This document shows, piece after piece, positions 48,994-58,056 of a stretch of DNA of 64,000 nucleotides (its first letter is position 1; the number at the start of each line of letters is the position of its first letter). This DNA comes from Promethearchaeota archaeon (GTDB taxonomy: Archaea; Asgardarchaeota; Lokiarchaeia; Sigyniarchaeales; SOKP01), in contig JALGVJ010000006.1 of the NCBI GenBank assembly GCA_029838195.1, positions 97,093 through 161,092 on the forward strand. Reading direction: 5' to 3'. The notes beneath the pieces were generated by a model. It made no database searches. It saw nothing but the letters and a program-made list of their open reading frames with translations, and was not told the DNA's origin. The position numbers and the translations under genes are program-made.

Positions 48994-51221
48994 TAAATAT
49001 CGCCTCCCTCATATTTTTTAACTTCAGCAAGGCAAGATTTCAATGCTGAAGCGCCACATAGCGCATGAGAATCATTTGTCAATACATTAACACATCCACC
49101 TCTATCTATTCCATTTTCATCCGGGTCGTACCAAGCACCTTCGTAAATACTGATAACGCCGGGAATGATTCTTTCCGTTAGCCAAGCAGGAATGAGTAAT
49201 TTACCCCTATCGTTGAACACGAGCACCATATCACCATCTTGAATTCCTCGTTTTTTTGCATCGATATGGTTGATCCAAACACGGTGGGGTTCAACTTCTC
49301 GCAACCAATCGACGAGATACATTTCTGAATGAACCCTGTTGGGGGGATGAGGTGAGAGCACTTGCAGGGGATATTTTTTGATGAGAGGATCGAAGCGATC
49401 TTCTGGGGTTCTCATATATTTTGGAATGGGCGGATTATTTGGATCATTTAAATCAGCAATGCGTTGGGAAAAAATCTCGATTTTCCCGGAAGGCGTTTGA
49501 AAAGGGTGGTTTTCGGGATCTTCAATTTCTTTTCTAAACGCCACGTATGGTTCCTCTAGCTCCAAGCGATGAATGCCTTCTTCCTTGAATTTTCTATAAT
49601 TTCGTATATTTTTACGGGTGTCAGCCGGCATTTTTAATAAAGCTTTTAAGGCTTTATCCACATCGGGATACTTAACAAAATCCTCGATTCCCAATTCATC
49701 CGCTAATTCTTCGGCGATTCTTAAATCCGATTTACATTCTCCTAAGGGCTCAATGGCTTGATTCATGAACGTAAAATAAGGACCTGAAGGCCATGGGCGC
49801 GCCAAATCACTTCTTTCTGCCATTGTCGTGACGGGTAATACAATATCAGCATATCTCGCCGTGGGAGTCAAGAAAATTTCTGAAGAGACCATGTATTCTA
49901 ACTTCTTAAGAGCTTCTGCAGCCTTATTAGTGTTTCCTAACTGATTTAAGAAATTATTATTCACGAACCAGGCAAATTTTACATCGAATGGATAACCGCC
50001 CTTGGTACCTTTTAAAATCGCGTCGAAAATTTTATTAGTATGACAACGAGTGATGAATCGATCCTGAAGATTAACAGATCCTCGCACTGACCTTCCCGTA
50101 TCTTCTACGGGATTCTTGTAAGGTGGGGGGATGCGAGCGCCAAAAAACATGTGGCCGTAAGGAATTCCCATTAAGCCGCCAGCTGCACTGCCACCAGGAC
50201 GTCCAATATTTCCGGTCATGGCTGTCAGGGTGATGGCACAGCGGTTATAAAGACTCCCAACTGCGCTGCGTGCGGGACCTTGGCAATCCATTAAAGCAGC
50301 TGGTTTCGTGGTGGCATATTCTCTTGCTAAATTTGTAATGGTTTCGGCAGGAACGGAAGTAATTTGTTCCGCCCATTCAGGCGTTTTAGGAATGCCATCC
50401 TCCTTTCCCATGACATATTCTTTGAACTTATCAAACCCAACCGTGTATTTATCCAAAAATGCTTGGTCATGTAAATTTTCCTTTATCATCACGTATGCCA
50501 TGCTGACCATCATCGCTGTATCCGTTCCGGGATAAATGGGAATCCATTGATCTGCTAATAACACTGCTGTGTCATGATAGCGGGGGTCAATACAAATTAT
50601 TTTTATCCCTGCTTCCTTGGCTTTCACTAAATTATAAATGGTATCGCTACCAGAAATCATTCTGGCAGGATCCCATCCCCAAAGGATGATTAATTTCGAA
50701 TTCAAGAGATCTTCTCGACTATGGCCGACAAAGGGTGAGCCATACATGACTTTCGTGGCATAAACCGCTCCTTCTGAAGAAACATTTCCGTAATGAGTAG
50801 AATAGCCCCCAAATTGGGTGAATAATCTCATAAGAGCAAACATTCCATCATGAAACGCCCCTAAATAGCCGCCACCCATAGCAAGAAAAATGCTTTTATT
50901 ACCATAAGTTTCCTTTATTTCTTTTAGCTTTTGGGCTATCTCTTTTAAAGCTTCATCCCAAGTAATTCGTTTAAATTCTCCCTTTCCTTTTGGCCCCACC
51001 CGTTTCAAGGGATATTTTAATCGCTTGGGATGATAAATGTACTGACGCAAGGCACGGCATCGCATGCAAGCCCTGAGTTGTCTTGGTTCTTCCCCATCAT
51101 CCCCTTCAATCTTGATAATTTTGCCGCCTTTTACATGAAATTTTAAGGGACAGCGCCCTCCACAATCAAACGCAGAACTCGTGCGGATGATTCTTTCAGA
51201 ATCATTTTTTATTTCCTCCAT
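48993..51221 (-). CDS. DMSO-reductase-family molybdopterin oxidoreductase catalytic subunit (DmsA-like, no Tat signal)
   Basis: DCGGRCPL, LRACMR, RLKYPLKRVG, HYGNVSS (Ser ligand), PGTD.A, YADIVLP, RVHS, EGAWY. Confidence 0.9.
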   Translation of the reverse strand: MEEIKNDSERIIRTSSAFDCGGRCPLKFHVKGGKIIKIEGDDGEEPRQLRACMRCRALRQYIYHPKRLKYPLKRVGPKGKGEFKRITWDEALKEIAQKLKEIKETYGNKSIFLAMGGGYLGAFHDGMFALMRLFTQFGGYSTHYGNVSSEGAVYATKVMYGSPFVGHSREDLLNSKLIILWGWDPARMISGSDTIYNLVKAKEAGIKIICIDPRYHDTAVLLADQWIPIYPGTDTAMMVSMAYVMIKENLHDQAFLDKYTVGFDKFKEYVMGKEDGIPKTPEWAEQITSVPAETITNLAREYATTKPAALMDCQGPARSAVGSLYNRCAITLTAMTGNIGRPGGSAAGGLMGIPYGHMFFGARIPPPYKNPVEDTGRSVRGSVNLQDRFITRCHTNKIFDAILKGTKGGYPFDVKFAWFVNNNFLNQLGNTNKAAEALKKLEYMVSSEIFLTPTARYADIVLPVTTMAERSDLARPWPSGPYFTFMNQAIEPLGECKSDLRIAEELADELGIEDFVKYPDVDKALKALLKMPADTRKNIRNYRKFKEEGIHRLELEEPYVAFRKEIEDPENHPFQTPSGKIEIFSQRIADLNDPNNPPIPKYMRTPEDRFDPLIKKYPLQVLSPHPPNRVHSEMYLVDWLREVEPHRVWINHIDAKKRGIQDGDMVLVFNDRGKLLIPAWLTERIIPGVISIYEGAWYDPDENGIDRGGCVNVLTNDSHALCGASALKSCLAEVKKYEGGDI

Positions 51222-51311
51222 CTCTATCTCTTTTCTTTCTTTTATTTCGAAATATTCATTAATTTCTATTATAAATAAGTAAATTAAAACAAAATTTCAT
51301 GAAAAAAAAAA

Positions 51312-52472
51312 TTATTTAAGTTTTGGAGGTGGAATTCTCACTACTTTTATTTCAGGCAATTTCCTCAGCGCAATGGCATTTTCTGGACAAAAATGAGCAC
51401 ATGTTCCGCACCCGATACAATAATCTCCCATTATTTCTGCTTTACTTTCATTATTTAATTCAATAACGCTTGTATGGCAATGTTCCACGCATGTACCGCA
51501 TCCCACGCAGAGCTCTTGATTAATTTCTGCTTGAAAATTAGTGGCATTCACGGTGGGGGCAATTAAATTGGTACTTGCTTGTCCACAACAGCAAGTACAG
51601 CAATTACAAATGCTCGTTTCATCTCTACTCAAGTCAAAATTGGGATGATAAGCTTTATGCACGAGGCCATCTTTTTCCGATTGTTTCATTATTTCTAAAG
51701 CTTCACTTTTCGAGATTAACCTACCGAAGCCATTTTCAGCCACGTGGCGGGCAGATTTTCCAAAAGTAAAACAATTTTCTCTGAGAGCCGTTTGCTTGCA
51801 GGGCTCTCCTATGGCATCTTTATGGTTTCGACAAAAACAATGACCCACTGCGATGACATCGAACTTTTCAATCAATTCTTCAATGGTTTGGGAGGGTAAA
51901 ATTTGTTGAGTTGGGACTTCTAAATCTTGATCAACGATTATTTCGATTTCCTTCCCCGTCGGCTCGTTGTCATAGAAAGGAATGGTTCTGTCAATGGGCG
52001 GTTGTTTTTCCATCATTTTAAGAATGGCATCATAATTATTTTGGGCAAATTCTCTTAATTCTTGCTGTAATTCCAAAAATAATAGTGCTAATTTCTTGTT
52101 TTCAGGAGTTAATTCAAGCTTTTTCATGAAAAGATATTCAAACAGGCCGACATTAACGAAGGGGAGGACTCTATAGACCATGATTCCCTTGCTACTGGGT
52201 TGATTAAACATGATGCCTTTTTTTGCTAAAGCAGCGGCTTTTTTTTTGATCTCTTCTTCCGATAATTTACTTGATTTTTTTAATTCTTCCATAGTTTGAG
52301 ATTTTTTCCTTTTAAACGCCATGAGAAAGTCCAAGTCTTCTGGGGTGGCTACATGTTTTAAAATAGCCATCACTTTATCAGTTATTGGGAGGGGGGTTCC
52401 GCCTGCTCCTGCGATGATTTGAGCCACTTTTTTATATTTAGATTCAGTTTCATCATTATGAGTTATAGCCAT
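51312..52472 (-). CDS. Ferredoxin-domain (2x4Fe-4S) protein with N-terminal winged-helix-like region
   Basis: CFCR, CNCCTCCC, CVGCGTCVEHC, CIGCGTCAHFCP; start placed at MAITHN. Confidence 0.85.
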   Translation of the reverse strand: MAITHNDETESKYKKVAQIIAGAGGTPLPITDKVMAILKHVATPEDLDFLMAFKRKKSQTMEELKKSSKLSEEEIKKKAAALAKKGIMFNQPSSKGIMVYRVLPFVNVGLFEYLFMKKLELTPENKKLALLFLELQQELREFAQNNYDAILKMMEKQPPIDRTIPFYDNEPTGKEIEIIVDQDLEVPTQQILPSQTIEELIEKFDVIAVGHCFCRNHKDAIGEPCKQTALRENCFTFGKSARHVAENGFGRLISKSEALEIMKQSEKDGLVHKAYHPNFDLSRDETSICNCCTCCCGQASTNLIAPTVNATNFQAEINQELCVGCGTCVEHCHTSVIELNNESKAEIMGDYCIGCGTCAHFCPENAIALRKLPEIKVVRIPPPKLK

Positions 52473-52597
52473 ATTATATTTTTCTTTTGGAGAAAATAAA
52501 TAGTTTTTCAATGGTTAGATTTTCCATTTTTACCTTCCCTTGTCAAATAGGGAGGGATTTATAAAAAGAAGCATGGCATTATTTCATTGATTTCAAA

Positions 52598-53449
52598 TCA
52601 AGAAGAAGACACGAATAAGAATAAGAGAAGGAGTAACACTACGATAAGAATGAGTGGAATGATTAAATATATTTTTTTTGAGGTAAACTTAATTTTTTCG
52701 TGATGTTGATTTTCATTAAAGTCTTGAGTATTGGTGTTCATGTCTGCGGAAAAATAACTAATCTCTTCGCGAGGAAGCATTTCTTCTTTATTGAGAGGTG
52801 CCTGAGAAATAAGCTGTTTTTCATGTTTTTTATATTTTGATATTGCTTTTTGAATTATTGCTTGCGCTTCGGGGGGGAGATCGTGCTCATCTACCTCGAT
52901 CCCCTTAGATAGGAGGTCCAAGCCAACGGTTAAATTATAATCATGACTAAAGTCTAAATTAATGAATCTCTTGATCAAAGATGATTTTCCTACTGCTGCT
53001 GGTCCGGCAAGAATGATTTTAAATCGAAAGGAACGACTACCATTCTCAGATTTTTGCATTTCTCCGAGGCGAGGTTTTAAATCCAAGAGCGCTGCGATGG
53101 AAAGCCGATAAAATAAGGTATTTACATTTATATTTTTGAGAGCCGAAGTTTCTATATATTCTAATAAATTAAATTTATTTACTTTCTGTACGATTTGTTC
53201 CCGTGAAATTATTTCTCCTACTTGTTCTTTGAGATCCTGCTTATTTCCCACCAATATAATGGGAATATTTCCCGCACGCTTTCTAATTTCTTGAAAATAT
53301 TGATCAATGGCATCAAATGTTTCGGGACGGGTCAAATCAAAAACTGCAGCCACGGCAGCCGTACCTTTAAGGAAATCTGATTTGAGAAAATCAAATCTTT
53401 TTTGTCCGGCTATATCCCACAAGCTCAGGGAGATTCGGGTTTTTATCAT
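52598..53449 (-). CDS. Circularly permuted Rab-like GTPase with C-terminal transmembrane anchor
   Basis: Motif order G3 (WDIAGQ, aa 11-16), G4 (NKQD, 69-72), G5 (ETSAL, 100-104), G1 (GPAAVGKS, 149-156), G2 (T174); TM at aa 260-280. Confidence 0.85.
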   Translation of the reverse strand: MIKTRISLSLWDIAGQKRFDFLKSDFLKGTAAVAAVFDLTRPETFDAIDQYFQEIRKRAGNIPIILVGNKQDLKEQVGEIISREQIVQKVNKFNLLEYIETSALKNINVNTLFYRLSIAALLDLKPRLGEMQKSENGSRSFRFKIILAGPAAVGKSSLIKRFINLDFSHDYNLTVGLDLLSKGIEVDEHDLPPEAQAIIQKAISKYKKHEKQLISQAPLNKEEMLPREEISYFSADMNTNTQDFNENQHHEKIKFTSKKIYLIIPLILIVVLLLLLFLFVSSS

Positions 53450-53655
53450 TATATTGCGTGCTTTTTTCTTTACTTCGAATTAGAAATGAAATTCATTATT
53501 AAATGGATGAGGAGATTCTTCATGGATAATTAATAAAAAAATCATGCTGCATGAAAGTGTTAATGGTTTGATAGGAGATAGAAATTATTAGAGATATATA
53601 AAAACTATTATTAATATTGGAAAAAAATAAAAAATAAAATAGAGATGATAGGGAG

Positions 53656-55737
53656 TTAATTAAAATCTAAGGCATTAATTTTTTCTTCTACATGTTGTTC
53701 TAACTCATTTATTTCTTGTTCCAGGGCTTTTAATTCACGACTGATTTCTTCAAATCGTTGTTCTTGGCGGCTTAATTTTTGAACATAATTTTCTCTTAAC
53801 CGATTTTCTTGGGTAGAAGTACCTAAAACAGAAATATTTTCTCTTAATCTTTCTTGTTCCTTACTCATTTGTCCCCTTTCATTTTCGAGAGTAGATTTTT
53901 TTTTCAATAAGAGGTTTTTCTTTCCCAGTAATTCACTAATAATTTTCAATTTAGATTCTAATTCAGCATCAATAAATTTCTGGTTTGTATAAAAAGCGAT
54001 TTTGCTCATGAAATAGTCTTGATCCCAATTCCATAGATAATGGCTGTAGTAATTTTCCTTTTGTTCTTTAATCTTGAAAGAAAGAGCCTCTTTCGGCTTT
54101 AATTCGAGTTTAAATCGCCAGTAATTAGGAGTTTCTTCAGGTTCGACGGGGCTTTCTTTAATTTGGTATCCCGAAGTTTTAGGATGATCGAGATATAATA
54201 ATTTATTCTCGTCCGTTTTATTTTTAATCTTGTAGGTCGAATAAGTATTTGAGTAATAATATTCGTAGCAATAAGCTCCTTTAAAAGAAATCTTATGAAT
54301 TTTAAGATCTTGGGAAGTTTCTTCGTGAAATATTACAATGGCTTGCTCAATCGCATAATTGAGGATGCGAACATCACACTTGTTTAAAAATGGAATGATT
54401 GCTTCCCCTGCTAGATTATTATCGTAAATAATGGTGACAGGCCCTCGTTCAATGGCTAATTCCGTATTATTTTCAATTTCTAAACACGCATTTGGATGTT
54501 CCTCGCACTCTAATTTATTATAAAGAAGAATTCTTTTAGCTTTAATCTCTTCCGTCAGAATAGGTACTAAGGCGCTCTGTTTTCGTAAAATTGTAACAGG
54601 AGTAGTTATATTATATTCAAATAATTCTCCCAATGCCTTGGTTTTTGCAGAAGTTTGAGCTGCCAATTTATCACGTAAAGTTTTATCATCCATCGCCATT
54701 AAAGGCTTGGGAGCGGGCGGTGGAGCGGGTTTCGGAGCCATTGCTCCTGTCGCTATCTTAGCTTTTTCTAAAGCGCGTTTTTTACGGGGCATGTATTCCG
54801 CTTCTGCTTTCATTTCATAATCCATGAATTCTTCAGCTTCATATCCTTCTTCTATCTCCGTAGGGCGTGCGCCATGAACTTTTGGTGGTGCTATTTTGGG
54901 TCTTTCAATAAAGATGGGATGATAAAAATCATAGATAAAAGAGACGGGCATTCCGGCAATTAAAGTAATTTCAATATCTTCCCAATCATCATTTGTAGTG
55001 TTTTCTATTAAGGCATATCCCGCTAAAAGACATTTTTCTTCTTGAGCTTGTTTCTTGCTCATGATAATTCTATAACTAGTTTTCCAAATCGGCGTTTCTC
55101 TCAAATAGCTTACTAAAATTTCCCGTTCAACTGAATCCTCTCCATGGGTTTTACAATGGATAGTAATCTTTTTTGAATCCTTTTTCTTGCTGGCTATAGA
55201 AGCGTCCAGAAAAAATTTTAACTCTTTATTTAGATCCTCATTTAAAATTTTCAAGGAAGAAATCTCTGAAAAAGGTATTTTTGCAATGGTATTATCTTCT
55301 TGTAAAATAATTAGCAATTTTTCCATTATCGTCTCCTCTCTAATAACTTTTTTTATCATCTCAAGGCCCATTATCGTTCCGCGAATAGATTGGGACGTAC
55401 CAATGCGTAATTGTATGGGGGCACCTTTAATTTGAGTAATTAAAGAGGAAAAGCTATCGATATCAGGAATATCCAACATTATAGATTTTAATAATTGAGA
55501 AGCCTCTAAAGCGGCATCATAAGAAATAAAAGAGATATAACCCTTATCGCTCGTATCAAGGGCAAAAAGACTCTTTAATACATCATTCATTTCTTCAACT
55601 TTAAATTCTAATTCGAAAATACCATTTCCCTTTATTTTTCCTTGATGGATAAAATATGAGATGCCATGTTTGAAAATAATGAGCTTGACAAACTTGAGTT
55701 TATTTTGTTCTGCCATGAAAAATATATAAAAGACCAT
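53656..55737 (-). CDS. DUF4139-like protein with C-terminal coiled coil
   Basis: IFKHGISYF, MNDVLKSL, SYL..PIWKTSYRI, ENTTNDDW.DI.ITLIAGMP, GELFEY, RKQSALVP. Confidence 0.8.
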   Translation of the reverse strand: MVFYIFFMAEQNKLKFVKLIIFKHGISYFIHQGKIKGNGIFELEFKVEEMNDVLKSLFALDTSDKGYISFISYDAALEASQLLKSIMLDIPDIDSFSSLITQIKGAPIQLRIGTSQSIRGTIMGLEMIKKVIREETIMEKLLIILQEDNTIAKIPFSEISSLKILNEDLNKELKFFLDASIASKKKDSKKITIHCKTHGEDSVEREILVSYLRETPIWKTSYRIIMSKKQAQEEKCLLAGYALIENTTNDDWEDIEITLIAGMPVSFIYDFYHPIFIERPKIAPPKVHGARPTEIEEGYEAEEFMDYEMKAEAEYMPRKKRALEKAKIATGAMAPKPAPPPAPKPLMAMDDKTLRDKLAAQTSAKTKALGELFEYNITTPVTILRKQSALVPILTEEIKAKRILLYNKLECEEHPNACLEIENNTELAIERGPVTIIYDNNLAGEAIIPFLNKCDVRILNYAIEQAIVIFHEETSQDLKIHKISFKGAYCYEYYYSNTYSTYKIKNKTDENKLLYLDHPKTSGYQIKESPVEPEETPNYWRFKLELKPKEALSFKIKEQKENYYSHYLWNWDQDYFMSKIAFYTNQKFIDAELESKLKIISELLGKKNLLLKKKSTLENERGQMSKEQERLRENISVLGTSTQENRLRENYVQKLSRQEQRFEEISRELKALEQEINELEQHVEEKINALDFN

Positions 55738-56006
55738 CCATATATTTTTTTTTATAATTTCTTTCTCTGCGAAAAATCTGAGGAATTATTCAGTTTTCAA
55801 TAAAGAGAGAGAAATAAAAGAAAAATACATGAAAAAACAAGTTGAAAATCATGAATCATCATGACATTTTCAATAAAAAATTAAATCGCCTATAAAGGAG
55901 GGGGAAATTTTTATAATATTTTAAGAAAAATAGATCCCGATGAAAAATACGTGATTTGCTGGATAAGTATTCATTCGAAGGATTTAAAGAGAGACTTAAA
56001 TTATCT

Positions 56007-56400
56007 TTATTTTAAGGTAATTTTTTTTTTAATGAGCATGATATGAATCGAAACTCCTATTGCTATTAATAACAATAAAAGTTGGATCCATGAAATGGAA
56101 ATCATTAACATTGAGAATATTATTGTCGCCTATAAAAAACTAATAGTATATATTTAAAACTTTAATGAGAGGCCTTTACCTGACTGATAATCACGTAATA
56201 TTTTCCCGAATAATTTATTATTTAAAAGCTAATCATGCATTTTCCTTGAACTCCTTGCATGACACGCAGCAGGTAATATTAAAAAAGGGGTTGTTGGTAA
56301 TATGGGTAAAACCAAGCCAATGATTCCTAATATTAAAAAGAATGCGCCTCCAATTTGATATAACCATTTTAATATTCGCTTTTTTAAGGGATGACGTTCT
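56007..56400 (-). pseudogene. YbaN / DUF454 membrane protein pseudogene
   Basis: Translates [43 protein letters not shown]; in-frame stops at 56229-31 (TAG), 56154-56 (TAA) and 56130-32 (TAG). Confidence 0.85.
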
Positions 56401-56456
56401 TATGAATATTGATTTTCTCTTTAATTTTTATCTCTTCTGAAATTGTAATTTTTTTC

Positions 56457-56518
56457 ATTTTTTTGTAGTTATTAGATTTTTTCACCTTTATTTTTTTGTA
56501 GTTATTAGATTTTTTCAC
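56457..56518. repeat. 29-bp direct repeat, period 33
   Basis: atttttttgtagttattagattttttcac at 56457-56485 and 56490-56518. Confidence 0.9.
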
Positions 56519-57027
56519 GCTTGATCTTTCAGGATGGCGAAAATTTCCTCCTCCAAGGTCGAATTTTCTTTCGGACCTTCAATAATTCTTCCTAAAAATT
56601 CTCCTCTTGAATTAAAGAGATAAAAGGTCGGAATGGCTTGTAAATCGAATTTTGGATCGAGGGCTTCTGGAGGGGAACGTTTTTCATGCCATGGAATCTC
56701 TCCTTTTTTATGAAAAGCATTTACCATGATACCATAAAGGATTCTCAATTCAACTTTAACTTCATGCTGTAAATTTTCAACAATTTTTATCATGCGGGGA
56801 ACATTTAAAATACAATCCTTACACCATTCTGCACCTAATGCGGCAATTCTCAATGATTCCCCTTTAGTCTTCAATAATTTAATAATTTCGTCCATTATTT
56901 CCTTTTTCGGTTCATAAGATTCATGATTTTTCCTTATTACTTCCTTTTCACCATATTTTTCTTTATAATCTTCAAGGGATATCATCGGAGAAGTAAGATC
57001 TGACCATTTTAATGAGGGAACTTTCAT
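56515..57027 (-). CDS. Thioredoxin-family protein
   Basis: GAEWCKDC..NVP and cis-Pro AIPTF. Confidence 0.85.
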   Translation of the reverse strand: MKVPSLKWSDLTSPMISLEDYKEKYGEKEVIRKNHESYEPKKEIMDEIIKLLKTKGESLRIAALGAEWCKDCILNVPRMIKIVENLQHEVKVELRILYGIMVNAFHKKGEIPWHEKRSPPEALDPKFDLQAIPTFYLFNSRGEFLGRIIEGPKENSTLEEEIFAILKDQA

Positions 57028-57126
57028 CGTGGTTTTATAATAAAAGTGGAAACAAAAATCTTATATTTATAAATTATAAGAAGAAGTGCACGCAGAGAAG
57101 TGAAATTTTACCCCTTATAGAACTAT

Positions 57127-57660
57127 TTAATAAGGAGATTGATAATCAAGAATCAGCTTTATGATGGAATCAAAAACTTTTTCCACATTTTCGCCCGTCC
57201 TGCTTGAACATTCTATAAAATCATCCGTACCCCTTGATTCTGCTATAATTTTTGCCTCTTCACTTACTACTTCTCGAAATTCATTCAAATCGGATTTACC
57301 CCCCACTACTATGATGGGGATCTTTGGTCGTTTCTTTCCATCAAATATTTTATTCACGATGAGCAACCAATCATCAATATGTGTTAAAGTAGAATAGTTA
57401 GTGATGTCATACATGAAAATACCTCCACTAGCACCGAGTATATAAGAAGGAAAGAGAAATCGGAATCTCTCTTCGCCACCAAAATCCCAGATTTGCAGTT
57501 TTATTTCATTATTGGCTATCTTCATGGTTTTTACATGAAAGTCTACACCAATCGTTATTTTTATATCTTCTATGAATTGATTTGTCATGTATCTATGCAT
57601 TAAACTGGTTTTACCCGTTCCAGAATCACCAAAAATTACTATTTTAATCGTTTCTAACAA
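57127..57660 (-). CDS. Rab-like small GTPase
   Basis: GDSGTGKT, TIGVDF, WDFGGEERF, GKSD, ECSSR. Confidence 0.93.
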   Translation of the reverse strand: MLETIKIVIFGDSGTGKTSLMHRYMTNQFIEDIKITIGVDFHVKTMKIANNEIKLQIWDFGGEERFRFLFPSYILGASGGIFMYDITNYSTLTHIDDWLLIVNKIFDGKKRPKIPIIVVGGKSDLNEFREVVSEEAKIIAESRGTDDFIECSSRTGENVEKVFDSIIKLILDYQSPY

Positions 57661-58056
57661 GTTGAGTCTAACACCATGAAGGGGTTTAAACGTATTAGAT
57701 AGAATAAAATTATTAGTTAATAAAGTTTAATATTTTGATTTAAATTTTGTTATTTCCTCTTATTAATTCCGTAGTTTATATGATAACTAATTGAGGAGAA
57801 AGAAGCATGATGTAATAAAAGAAGGAAAAAGAATTTTTTTAATGAGTTTCCCATCTACAGACCATGAAAATAAATGGAGATAGTTTTGGATCATGAATAT
57901 AAGCCGTGGTTTTTCCAAATTAATGGTGTTATTATCCTGAATAACTTAATAACCATTTTGAGCAATAAAAGAGGTTTTTAATTAACTCTTAATCATAAGA
58001 GATCATAGGAACTTTATTTATTTAGCATGTGAAAGAAAAATTTTAAGGTTCATGAG

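Noticed and set aside
48993-51221. Selenocysteine in the molybdoenzyme, thioredoxin or DsrE/TusA genes
   Set aside because: No in-frame TGA at catalytic positions; ligands are encoded as Ser or Cys.
56007-56400. Stop-codon recoding (Pyl or readthrough) in the YbaN-like frame
   Set aside because: Mixed TAG/TAA stops and a damaged 5' end fit pseudogenisation; TAG terminates other genes in the window.
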